A DNA stretch of 64,000 nucleotides from Candidatus Hydrothermarchaeota archaeon. Its GTDB lineage: Archaea > CAYFZR01. The stretch lies in assembly GCA_046760505.1 (NCBI GenBank), contig JBHIEG010000007.1, positions 17,577 to 81,576 on the forward strand, read 5' to 3'. The notes under the pieces were generated by a model. The model searched no databases. It was not told the origin of the DNA and saw only the letters and a list, made by a program, of their open reading frames with translations. A program made the translations under genes and the position numbers. Shown in pieces: positions 50,143 to 58,755 of the stretch; the first letter of the stretch is position 1; each line of letters begins with the position of its first letter.

Positions 50143-50209
50143 CGACAAAAAATTTCCTTTTCAAGAATAATAGTTATCGTGAGTAAACAGGCAAATAGGT
50201 GATAATACG

Positions 50210-50395
50210 ATGGAAATCACGGAAAAAATGACGGTTGCCGAAACCATAAGGAGGTATCCAAAGTCAAAGAGCGTGCTCCTCAGACACGGAATATGTGATT
50301 GCTGTGGAGGCAATATCACCATCGAGAGAGCCGCGAGAATAAGAGACTTAAACATCGATGAATTTATGAAAGAATTGAGAGGAGCGATAGAATGA
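50210..50395 (+). CDS. DUF542/ScdA_N (DUF1858-like) small protein
   Basis: MTVAETIRRYP...HGICDCCGG..TIERAA; AGGTGA RBS. Confidence 0.75.
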   Translation: MEITEKMTVAETIRRYPKSKSVLLRHGICDCCGGNITIERAARIRDLNIDEFMKELRGAIE

Positions 50396-50673
50396 ATTTA
50401 GAAGGAAAGATAATCAAAAAATTAAAAGAAATAAAGGATCCACATACCGGAAAAAGTGTTTATGACATGAATATGATAGAAAATTTAGAGGTCAAAGAAG
50501 ATAAAGTAAGATTGAATTTCAGACCCACAAGCCCATTTTGCCCTATTGGAATTCAATTAGCAACTGCCATTAAGAAGGGATTAAAAGAAATTGAGGAGAT
50601 AAAAAGCATAGATCTGAAAGTAGTAGGATATGTTAAGGAGAAAGAAGTTAACGAAATCTTGAAAAAGATATGA
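50392..50673 (+). CDS. DUF59/SufT (MIP18-like) Fe-S assembly protein
   Basis: LKEIKDPHTG..VYDM.MI, PTSPFCP. Confidence 0.85.
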   Translation: MNLEGKIIKKLKEIKDPHTGKSVYDMNMIENLEVKEDKVRLNFRPTSPFCPIGIQLATAIKKGLKEIEEIKSIDLKVVGYVKEKEVNEILKKI

Positions 50674-50737
50674 TTTCGAATCAACATGAAAGAGCACGCT
50701 GAAGAAATCTTGGAAGTTTTTAAAGGGAGAAAAGATA

Positions 50738-51919
50738 ATGATCAAAAATCTTACCGTAAGATTCTTTTCATGCTCAATTTTTTATCTTTTATTATCGGTT
50801 ACGCTGGGAGTGGCATTAGCCGCGGGATTTTTATCCAGGAATGCAATACCTGCGCACGCGCATCTTGCTTTAATTGGCTGGGTTTCTATCACGATAATTG
50901 GGGCCATGTATCAGTTGGTCCCTACTATACGTGGAACTGAACTTTTTAGCGAGAAGTTAGCGAACTTGCAGTTCTGGATGATAAACATCGGTACGATGGG
51001 TCTTTTTTTGGGGTTATTGCTTGAAAATTTTTGGATGAAAGTATTTTTTGGCTTTTTGTTACTGGTATCGTCTTATATTTTTGCGTATATTATATTTAAG
51101 ACTTTATTTTCAATAAAAGAAAGAATAGAATTGACCTTAAGATTTTTTGGCATCGCAATCCTATACTTTTTGATAGCGATAACATTGGGTTTGCTCATGA
51201 TCGCTAATGTTATACCTAATTTTTTGGGCGCGCATGCGCATCTAGCCCTGATTGGTTGGGTTTCCCTCACGATAATGGGTGCGGAATATCAGATGGTACC
51301 GATGCTTGCCCTAAAAGAACTTTACAGCGAAAAACTATCGAACATACAATTCTGGATGGTTAACTCGGGGGCAATAGGAATTTTCTTTGCTTTTGTAATT
51401 TCTAGCAAAATCTTGATAGGTTTATTTGGTGGTGTATTTTTTATATCTTCACTCATTTTTGCATGGATAATTTATAAAACGCTGACACAAGATAAAAAAA
51501 TGCAGGAAAAGGTGGATATTAGTGTTAAATTCTTCTTAACCGCCATTATCTACTTGTTGATAGCAAGCATTCTTGGACTTTTTTTGCCTTTTGGAATTTT
51601 ATACCTCAAAATCGCCCACGTACATCTAGCCTTGGTTGGGTGGGTATCGCTCACAATAATTGGAGGAATGTACCATATCATGCCCATGCTCGTATGGATG
51701 GAAAAATACGGTGAAAAACTTGGAAAAGAACCTATTCCCATGATAAAAGACATGTACAGTGAGAGGCTGGCAAATTCCATCCTCTGGATGGTTAATGCAG
51801 GTACCATAGGCATGTTTTTCGGTGCAATCTTTGGAAAATTATTTTTGCTATCTGGAATTATAATAGCCTTGGCATCCTATCTCTTTGCCTTTGATATGTT
51901 TAATGTGCTACGGAGATAG
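50738..51919 (+). CDS. 12-TM heme-copper-oxidase-homology membrane protein (three 4-TM repeats with HxH)
   Basis: Three repeats of AH(A/V)HLAL(I/V)GWVS..I.G..Y...P and (F/Y)SE.L.N...WM.N.G. Confidence 0.75.
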   Translation: MIKNLTVRFFSCSIFYLLLSVTLGVALAAGFLSRNAIPAHAHLALIGWVSITIIGAMYQLVPTIRGTELFSEKLANLQFWMINIGTMGLFLGLLLENFWMKVFFGFLLLVSSYIFAYIIFKTLFSIKERIELTLRFFGIAILYFLIAITLGLLMIANVIPNFLGAHAHLALIGWVSLTIMGAEYQMVPMLALKELYSEKLSNIQFWMVNSGAIGIFFAFVISSKILIGLFGGVFFISSLIFAWIIYKTLTQDKKMQEKVDISVKFFLTAIIYLLIASILGLFLPFGILYLKIAHVHLALVGWVSLTIIGGMYHIMPMLVWMEKYGEKLGKEPIPMIKDMYSERLANSILWMVNAGTIGMFFGAIFGKLFLLSGIIIALASYLFAFDMFNVLRR

Positions 51920-51924
51920 ATAAA

Positions 51925-52218
51925 ATGAAGAAGAATACGGGAAAAATTTTGGATATAATCACTTCAAAAGAAGATCACATGAGATTACACAAGACCATTC
52001 AAAATAAAACTAGAAGAAAAATCCTTGAATTTTTAATGGAAAAGGAGAGAACAATAGAAGAATTATTCAAATTAACTGGATTGACCCAGAAAGAATTAGA
52101 CTACCACATAAAAATGTTGAAGTACGGATTGTGCATTGAGGAATTTGAAAGAGAAAATAAAATATACTACAGACCAACGAGAGAAGGAGAGATCGTAATC
52201 GAATTAACAAAAAAATAA
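51925..52218 (+). CDS. ArsR-like winged-helix protein
   Basis: NKTRRKILEFL...TIEEL...LDYHIKML...YRPTREG. Confidence 0.78.
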   Translation: MKKNTGKILDIITSKEDHMRLHKTIQNKTRRKILEFLMEKERTIEELFKLTGLTQKELDYHIKMLKYGLCIEEFERENKIYYRPTREGEIVIELTKK

Positions 52219-52227
52219 TTTAAAAAA

Positions 52228-52686
52228 GTGATGTCAGTGTTGGGAATTGGAGAGAAGGAGGTAAAAATCTTCCTGTTCATTCTTTTACTTTCTACAGGAT
52301 GCATTCATAAGGAAAAGACTCCAACTCTAAATTCTGTTCATCTAAAGGTTATTGGAGAATCTTTTATGGGGGTTCAGTATAAAAAAGAAGTTACACTCAT
52401 CCATGAAGACTTAGGATATGCATTGAAATATTCTTGTGAGGCGAGAGAGGGATTTGAAAACTTTTGCGAATGTAAAGAAGTGGAAAAAGTGGTAGAAGAA
52501 AGTACGGTAGATCAGTTTCTGAAACTACTGGATAGTCTTAGAGATGAAGGAGAAGAAGCCAAGTGTTGTGATCATCCATGGTCTGAGATTGAAGTCACCT
52601 ACTCAAATGGGAGCGGTAAAAAGATTGCAGTAAGTTTTCCAGTGGAAGTTGAGAAAATCTTTAATATTGATTGTTTGAAATCTTGA
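52228..52686 (+). CDS. putative lipoprotein, Cys-rich
   Basis: Hydrophobic stretch ending in the STGC lipobox; several Cys (SC, FCEC, KCCDHP); exact start uncertain. Confidence 0.6.
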   Translation: MMSVLGIGEKEVKIFLFILLLSTGCIHKEKTPTLNSVHLKVIGESFMGVQYKKEVTLIHEDLGYALKYSCEAREGFENFCECKEVEKVVEESTVDQFLKLLDSLRDEGEEAKCCDHPWSEIEVTYSNGSGKKIAVSFPVEVEKIFNIDCLKS

Positions 52687-52817
52687 GGAAAATATTTCTA
52701 TTTTTCAGTATATTTTACGCATTCTTACTAGGGAAAAATCATGGTTTTCCACGAGATATTTGTTTATGGTAGGATAAAATAAGCGATAAACAGGATAAAA
52801 TAAAAAATAAATGGAGA

Positions 52818-52994
52818 TCACTCTAGGGTTATCGCTCCTTGGGGACACTCATCAACACATATTTCGCATTCGGTACAATCTTCTGGACGTGCAACGATGG
52901 ATTTTCCTTCCTCAAGTTCAAATACCTCAGTTGGGCATTCGTCTACGCAAGTTCCACATCCATCGCATTTATCGTGGTCTACCACCGGGGGCAT
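52818..52994 (-). CDS. 2x[4Fe-4S] ferredoxin (58 aa)
   Basis: Manual translation MPPVVDHDKCDGCGTCVDECPTEVFELEEGKSIVARPEDCTECEICVDECPQGAITLE*; GAGGTGG RBS; absent from ORF track. Confidence 0.93.
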   Translation of the reverse strand: MPPVVDHDKCDGCGTCVDECPTEVFELEEGKSIVARPEDCTECEICVDECPQGAITLE

Positions 52995-53115
52995 ATTGCA
53001 CCACCTCGAAATTTGTTGTATGATGCTGAGGATCTATGTACTTAATATTTATAAGTTATTTTTCGTTACCCCATTAGATAGGATCTTATCTTTATTTATT
53101 TTTCCAGGCGATTGG

Positions 53116-53437
53116 CTAATAGATTAACTCCGGTCGCTTGTACGTTCCGATCAGCTCATCTTCAACCAAAACATGACCTTCCATCGCTTTTTCAAGTTGC
53201 TTTCTATCAACTCCCTCAGGTAAATCCAGTAGTGTGTCCAATGCGTAAAGCTTGAACCGGTAACGATGTGCCGAACCTGAAGGTGGACAGGGCCCGCGGT
53301 ATCTCAACTCGCCAAAATCATTTCTCCCTTGGTTTCCTGAACTTGCTCCCTCAGGGAGGTGATATGTCTTCTCCATCACAGGTGTACTTCTTTGGAATAG
53401 GCTGATTGTGTTTGAATGCTGGACTTTGAATTTTCAC
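53116..53437 (-). pseudogene. YbhB/YbcL (PEBP) family gene with internal deletion
   Basis: GTG 53437 gives MKIQSPAFKHNQPIPKKYTCDGEDISPP*, joined out of frame to QGRNDFG..YRGPCPP..HRYRFKLYALD; the central DPDAP/HW segment is absent. Confidence 0.82.
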
Positions 53438-53549
53438 CCGAAACATCTCCTGTTAAGATTTAAATATCTCTCCAATATAACTTAGTTTCAAATGACTCGA
53501 CAAATTGATATATTTTTTCTCAAGAGATATCCTCTTGGTGATCCCTTTG

Positions 53550-54176
53550 ATGGAAGCTGTTTTGTCCATAAAAATTCCAGATAACTGGGTTACGGAAATT
53601 ACAAACAAATATCCCGCGACGATAAAGGTCTTAGATTCTTTGCCCTTTGAAGGAGAAGGGGTTCGAGATTTGATAGAGATTACTGCTCCAGAAAATTATC
53701 TGAACAAAGTACTTAAGGAAATAAAAGAGCATCCAATGGTTTCTTATTTTGATGTAACCACGACAGATAAAGAAAAAGCATTAGCAGTAGTTTCTGCTGA
53801 TAGCTGTGTGCTATGCAGGGCTTTAACCGAGTCTGATTGTTTTCCAAGTTCAGTCTCAACTAAAGAGGACAGAACTGTGGAGTGTACATTAATAATCAGC
53901 GAGCGGACTTCTCTCAAAAGACTGATAAGAAACTTAGAAAAGGGCGGATGTGATGTTAAATTAATTAGAATATCAGGTATAGATGATAAAGAGGCCTTAA
54001 CCTCAAGACAGGAGGAAATTGTCCGTTTAGCATTTGAGAAAGGGTACTTTGACTACCCAAAGAAGGTTGGAATTCGGGATTTGGCATCAATTCTTAATAT
54101 TTCTCCATCAACTCTCTCCGTTATTCTTAGAAAGGGCGAGAAAAAAATTTTAGATGCTTATTTTAAGAAAAAATAA
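53550..54176 (+). CDS. HTH_10 (Bat-type) transcriptional regulator
   Basis: LTSRQEEIVRLAFEKGYFDYPKKV..RDLA..L.IS.STLS..LRKGEKKI. Confidence 0.88.
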   Translation: MEAVLSIKIPDNWVTEITNKYPATIKVLDSLPFEGEGVRDLIEITAPENYLNKVLKEIKEHPMVSYFDVTTTDKEKALAVVSADSCVLCRALTESDCFPSSVSTKEDRTVECTLIISERTSLKRLIRNLEKGGCDVKLIRISGIDDKEALTSRQEEIVRLAFEKGYFDYPKKVGIRDLASILNISPSTLSVILRKGEKKILDAYFKKK

Positions 54177-54280
54177 GCATTTTCAATCAAAATAAACAAG
54201 GTAAATTTTGAAACATCTGGTTTGCAAATATTTAAAAGGGACTAAAATACTATTCAATAGAAATAACTAGGGTGGATTTC

Positions 54281-55483
54281 ATGCAGAATATCGTTGTTGA
54301 AGAACTTCATGCAAGGCCAATAACTGAGTATAAAATTGAAATAGTTGAAAGAAAGGGACTGGGTCACCCGGACTTTATTTGTGATTCAATAATGGATCAA
54401 ATTTCTGTCAGGCTGAGTAAAGAATATCTGGAAAAATTTGGGGCAGTTATGCACCACAACATCGATAAGGGGCTTCTTGTCGCAGGAGAGGCTGAGCAGG
54501 CCTTTGGAGGAGGGGAAATTAAAACTCCGATGAAACTCGTGATCGGGGACAGAGCCACATTTGAAGTAGGGGATGATGAAATCGACGTAAATGAAATAGC
54601 GATTTCCACCTCTAAAAAATGGATAAAGGAAAATCTTAGATTCGTCGATCCTGAAGAGAATGTAATATATCAAGTTGAGCTGAAAAGAGGTTCCGCTGCT
54701 CTTAAAGACCTTTTTGAGAGAAAAGGTGCAGTTTTGGGAGCAAATGATACATCCGCTGCGATTGGATACGCGCCAATGTCTCCGACAGAGTTAATTGTTT
54801 ATAAAACTGAGAAATTTCTTAATTCAAAGGAGTTTAAGAAGAGATTTCCTGAATCAGGTGAAGACATCAAGGTAATGGGCCTGAGGAGCAATACGGAACT
54901 ACATCTAACCATAGCAATGGCCTTGGTTGATAGATACATCGAGTCCGAAACTGACTACTTTAGAAAGAAAGAGGCAATTTTAGAAGAAATTAAGGCATTT
55001 GTGGATAAAGAAAGTGGTATGAAGAATTATGTATACCTTAACACATTGGATCAGAAGGGCAGAGGTTTGGCAGGCTGTTATCTAACCGTTACCGGAACGT
55101 CGGCAGAAGATGCAGATTGTGGTCAAGTCGGTCGAGGTAATAGGGTAAATGGTATTATACCCCTAAACAGACCAATAGGCTCTGAAGCAGCAGCGGGAAA
55201 AAATCCTGTAAGCCATGTAGGAAAGATATACAATGTTTTAACGCATCAGATCGCAAAAAAGATATATCAAGAGATTTCTGGTATGAGAGAAGTTTATGTG
55301 TGGCTTTTATCTCAGATAGGGCAACCAATAGACCAGCCAAAGATCGTAGTAGCCCAGGTTATTTTGGAAAAAGGTAGAGTAGAGGACATTGAAAATGAGA
55401 TTAAAGCAGTTGTAGAAGATGAACTGGCCGACATCAAATCGTTCACGATGGATCTTGCCCGCGGAAGGATACCGATCTGTTAA
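54281..55483 (+). CDS. mat: archaeal-type methionine adenosyltransferase
   Basis: [61 protein letters not shown]. Confidence 0.95.
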   Translation: MQNIVVEELHARPITEYKIEIVERKGLGHPDFICDSIMDQISVRLSKEYLEKFGAVMHHNIDKGLLVAGEAEQAFGGGEIKTPMKLVIGDRATFEVGDDEIDVNEIAISTSKKWIKENLRFVDPEENVIYQVELKRGSAALKDLFERKGAVLGANDTSAAIGYAPMSPTELIVYKTEKFLNSKEFKKRFPESGEDIKVMGLRSNTELHLTIAMALVDRYIESETDYFRKKEAILEEIKAFVDKESGMKNYVYLNTLDQKGRGLAGCYLTVTGTSAEDADCGQVGRGNRVNGIIPLNRPIGSEAAAGKNPVSHVGKIYNVLTHQIAKKIYQEISGMREVYVWLLSQIGQPIDQPKIVVAQVILEKGRVEDIENEIKAVVEDELADIKSFTMDLARGRIPIC

Positions 55484-55650
55484 ATATTTATTAGAATATT
55501 TAGAATACTTAGAATAAAGCGGTTCAACCTAAAGATTACACCGATTTTTTCCGATCGAATCTGCATTACGATAAATGATATGTACAAAAAATGTAGACTT
55601 TTTGATAAAGTTTAAAGGAGGTAAATTAATCCAGAGACAGGGGGAATTTT

Positions 55651-55812
55651 TTGAATGTTTTGCTGATGCTGGGTTTAGGACTTATCTTTCTTGCACTAAC
55701 TGGTTTTACTCTTGCCACTACTCATGTTGGAAAATACTTCATTAGTCTTCCGCTTCTCTTTGTAACATTAATAATTGGAATTGCCTTGGTTATAACTAGC
55801 CAAGCTTCTTGA
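55651..55812 (+). CDS. 53-aa two-TM membrane microprotein
   Basis: Manual translation (TTG) MNVLLMLGLGLIFLALTGFTLATTHVGKYFISLPLLFVTLIIGIALVITSQAS*; CAGGGGGA RBS; TTTAAA box ~40 nt upstream. Confidence 0.55.
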   Translation: MNVLLMLGLGLIFLALTGFTLATTHVGKYFISLPLLFVTLIIGIALVITSQAS

Positions 55813-55821
55813 GGGATCATG

Positions 55822-56265
55822 TCAGTTGCATGAGAACACATCAGATCTGATAAGTTTCTGAATCTTTCTCTCATCTAAAATTTTTACCCTTCTTGAGCTT
55901 GTGTTCTCTCTTTTAAAATCTAAGAAAAAATCTACCTTTTCATTCAACTCCTTATTTGGTCCTAGAACTGTAATCTCTATCTTATCCTTAATATCTGGCT
56001 CCTCCTTTGGATACTCACTTACTAATGAGGGATCTATATCCCCCAATCCCTTATTTATGGTGTAAAATTCTATAAGAGTGCCCTCCTTAAAAATCATCCA
56101 AGTTTCAGAGTCCTTGTCCCTTGAGAAAATCTTTATACGGCCAGTATACGAATTTTCAGCCATTGTTATAATTATTTTGAAGAAATCCTCCAGTTTGAAT
56201 CCACATATTTCATCAATAATTCTTGTCCTACCGGTAATTCTAGAAACTATCATCGGTTTTTGCAC
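55822..56265 (-). CDS. hypothetical protein
   Basis: 147-aa ORF with genome-typical composition; no recognised motif. Confidence 0.55.
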   Translation of the reverse strand: MQKPMIVSRITGRTRIIDEICGFKLEDFFKIIITMAENSYTGRIKIFSRDKDSETWMIFKEGTLIEFYTINKGLGDIDPSLVSEYPKEEPDIKDKIEITVLGPNKELNEKVDFFLDFKRENTSSRRVKILDERKIQKLIRSDVFSCN

Positions 56266-56490
56266 CGTGTGAAGATTAGAGAGAAACCAATAGTTATTCT
56301 CTTCCTAAACAAATTTGAAGTAATGGTTGCAGATTTGTAGGTAAAATTACGGTTAATCTATTTTGTTTTAATCTTTAAATAAAACTAGATTTCACTATAA
56401 TTTCCTAGAAAGCGTTTTTTTATGAATAAATAGGACATACGTCTGACAAAAACGAAAAAAATAAATATAGAATCTCCATATTAATTAAAA

Positions 56491-56552
56491 GAGGACACCA
56501 CCACCTCCCTTGCCCTCACCATCTTTCATTTTCTGGTGTCCTCAATTTTTTT
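56491..56552 (+). ncRNA. candidate ~60-nt small RNA: 10-bp stem enclosing an anti-Shine-Dalgarno loop
   Basis: CGAAAAAA + TAAATATA (BRE/TATA) at 56453-56469; GAGGACACCA/TGGTGTCCTC stem; loop contains CACCTCCC and CTCACC; T7 tract 56546-56552. Confidence 0.55.
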
Positions 56553-56693
56553 ATGTCTTCCCTTAGTTTAAAATATTTGCGTATTTATTTCCAAATTATT
56601 TGCATTTTTATCGTCTTTAAGAGATCCAAAAGGAAATATTTAAATATTAACAACCCCATTTTGTTTTCAGACCTGGCAGGGGGGTGACAAAAT

Positions 56694-57119
56694 TTGAGGA
56701 ATGAAATTTTTTCTTTAGTGCTCTTAACAGTCATCGCCACACCGGTATTCTCTTCCTGTCTTTGTGGATTTGACCCAATTTACCTCGAAAATGGAGCAGT
56801 CCACAGAAGCAGCAACGATGCCATTTATGATACCGTAACAAGAAAAATCGAGATTCCAATAGAGGAGGAGTACTATATAAAAATCATTAGCTACGGTCTA
56901 TCAAAGCTTTACATAAATGTTCAGAGAGAAAATAGAACCATTTACGAAGTATGGTCAGTTTTTCCAGGACCTTATACAGTAAGTCCTCAACCCAACGCAG
57001 TTTCGTATTTCCGCATAGGAAATTTATCACCAGGTGAAATAAAAGTGACTCTGACTCCAGGTGGACCAAATGGTGCTCATGCAACCTTGATGGCTGGATA
57101 TTTTCCAGGACCCGGATGA
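56694..57119 (+). CDS. secreted hypothetical protein
   Basis: Signal peptide, beta-rich mature domain; GGGGTGA RBS and own TTTAAATA box. Confidence 0.65.
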   Translation: MRNEIFSLVLLTVIATPVFSSCLCGFDPIYLENGAVHRSSNDAIYDTVTRKIEIPIEEEYYIKIISYGLSKLYINVQRENRTIYEVWSVFPGPYTVSPQPNAVSYFRIGNLSPGEIKVTLTPGGPNGAHATLMAGYFPGPG

Positions 57120-57165
57120 ATTTATAAGCGTAACTTTTTTTATTTATCCCACCTCAAAAAATTCT

Positions 57166-58113
57166 ATGAATATTTTGATAATGGGAGCCGGAGCTCTGGG
57201 CTCAGTCTTCGGAGGATTTTTATCGCGGACGAATGACGTTGTACTCGTCGGCAGAGATCCTCATATTGAGGCTATAAACAGAAAAGGCCTCAGGATTTCC
57301 GGGATATGGGGTGAACATACCTTCAACGTTAAGGCTTACACCGATACCTCAGGGATAGAGTCTCAGGACATAGTTTTTATTACCACAAAGGCTTACGATA
57401 CAAGAAAAGCATTAGAACAAATTCTTCCACTTCTTTCTGAAGAAAGCATAGTGATAAGCATGCAAAACGGTATTGGAAACGAAGAAGTTATAGAGGCACT
57501 CGTAGGAAGGAGGAGAACCATGGGAGGTATGGCGATTTTCGGTGCAAGAATTGTGAGTCCCGGGCATGTCGAGGTTACGGTATATGCAAGCGAATGTTTG
57601 GTTGGCTCTCTCAACGGAGATGCTAAGAAGTCAGAGATGGTTGCAAGGCTTATAAGCGAAGCAGGAATTCCTGCTAAACCCTCTGACGACATCATAAGGG
57701 AGAAGTGGATGAAGGCCTTTTACAATATTGCATTGAATCCTCTCTCTGCCATCTTGAAGGTACCCTACGGAATGCTCGGAGAAAATGAGGGTACCTTAGC
57801 AATTATGAGATCCATGCTGGAGGAATCTTTTCAGGTTGCCAGAGCAGAAGGAATAAATCTTAGATTCACCGCGGAAGAGTACTTCAGGTATCTGATTGAA
57901 AAGCAACTGCCTCCTACTGCGAAACATAAGAGTTCGATGCTCCAAGATATTGAAAGGGGAAAGAGAACAGAAATAGATTATTTAAATGGATTCATCGTAA
58001 AACTGGGAAAGAAACACGGTATCTCAACTCCGGTAAACGAGACGATAACAAACATATTAAAAACAATGGAAGACCCCAAATTTCAGGATGTTTTCAAAAT
58101 AAAAAGGAGATGA
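57166..58113 (+). CDS. panE: ketopantoate reductase (ApbA/PanE)
   Basis: GAGALGS, TKAYD, QNGIG, WMKAFYN...NPL, SSMLQD..GKRTEIDYLNG. Confidence 0.9.
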   Translation: MNILIMGAGALGSVFGGFLSRTNDVVLVGRDPHIEAINRKGLRISGIWGEHTFNVKAYTDTSGIESQDIVFITTKAYDTRKALEQILPLLSEESIVISMQNGIGNEEVIEALVGRRRTMGGMAIFGARIVSPGHVEVTVYASECLVGSLNGDAKKSEMVARLISEAGIPAKPSDDIIREKWMKAFYNIALNPLSAILKVPYGMLGENEGTLAIMRSMLEESFQVARAEGINLRFTAEEYFRYLIEKQLPPTAKHKSSMLQDIERGKRTEIDYLNGFIVKLGKKHGISTPVNETITNILKTMEDPKFQDVFKIKRR

Positions 58114-58119
58114 TGTATT

Positions 58120-58755
58120 GTGAATGTAATAGATGTTTCTGTGAGTATATCAGAGGACATGCATTTATTTCCGGGAGATCTAAAGCCGGTGATAACCAGA
58201 GTTTCGAATATATCTGAAGGTAGCCCTTATAACCTATCTAATCTATCTTTGAGTGCTCATGCTGGAACGCATGTAGATCCGCCGCTCCATTTCCTGGAAG
58301 AAGGAAAAAGCATCGATCAAATAAAACTGGATAATTTGATTGGATACGCTATTGTATTAGATTTAACAGATTTGAACGAAAAGATAACCGCAAGAGATTT
58401 AGAGAAATTCAAAGGTTATATAAAAGAAAATGATATCATCCTTTTCAAAACGAAAAACTCTATTCTCTGGAAAGAAAAGAAATTTTCAAAGGACTACGTA
58501 TATTTAACGGAAGAAGCAGCTATATATCTAATTGAAAATGGAGTGAAAACAATCGGTATAGATTATCTGTCCATAGAAAAGTTTGGAAGCGAAGATGCAA
58601 GAGTACACAAAGAGTTGTTGAAAAATGAAGTTTTGGTAATAGAAGGATTAGACTTAAGTAATGCGAAGCAGAAGAAATATTTCTTTGTTTGTTTGCCTTT
58701 AAAGATAAAAAATGGAGATGGGGCCCCTTCAAGGGCAATACTTATAGAGGAATGA
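58120..58755 (+). CDS. cyclase family metal hydrolase (KynB-like)
   Basis: HAGTHVDPPLHF, GIDYLS, H..LL, IEGL, LPLKI..GDGAP.RA. Confidence 0.9.
   Translation: MNVIDVSVSISEDMHLFPGDLKPVITRVSNISEGSPYNLSNLSLSAHAGTHVDPPLHFLEEGKSIDQIKLDNLIGYAIVLDLTDLNEKITARDLEKFKGYIKENDIILFKTKNSILWKEKKFSKDYVYLTEEAAIYLIENGVKTIGIDYLSIEKFGSEDARVHKELLKNEVLVIEGLDLSNAKQKKYFFVCLPLKIKNGDGAPSRAILIEE

Noticed and set aside
50686-50940. 84-aa plus-strand ORF overlapping the HCO-homology gene
   Set aside because: Out-of-frame overlap with a strongly supported CDS that has its own GGGAG RBS
52811-53127. Three overlapping plus-strand ORFs
   Set aside because: Antisense shadows of the minus-strand ferredoxin at 52818-52994
55489-55516. 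TTAGAATA x3 after mat, and TTATTTTAAGTTC repeats near 6149-6190
   Set aside because: Short AT-rich low-complexity repeats with no spacers; not CRISPR
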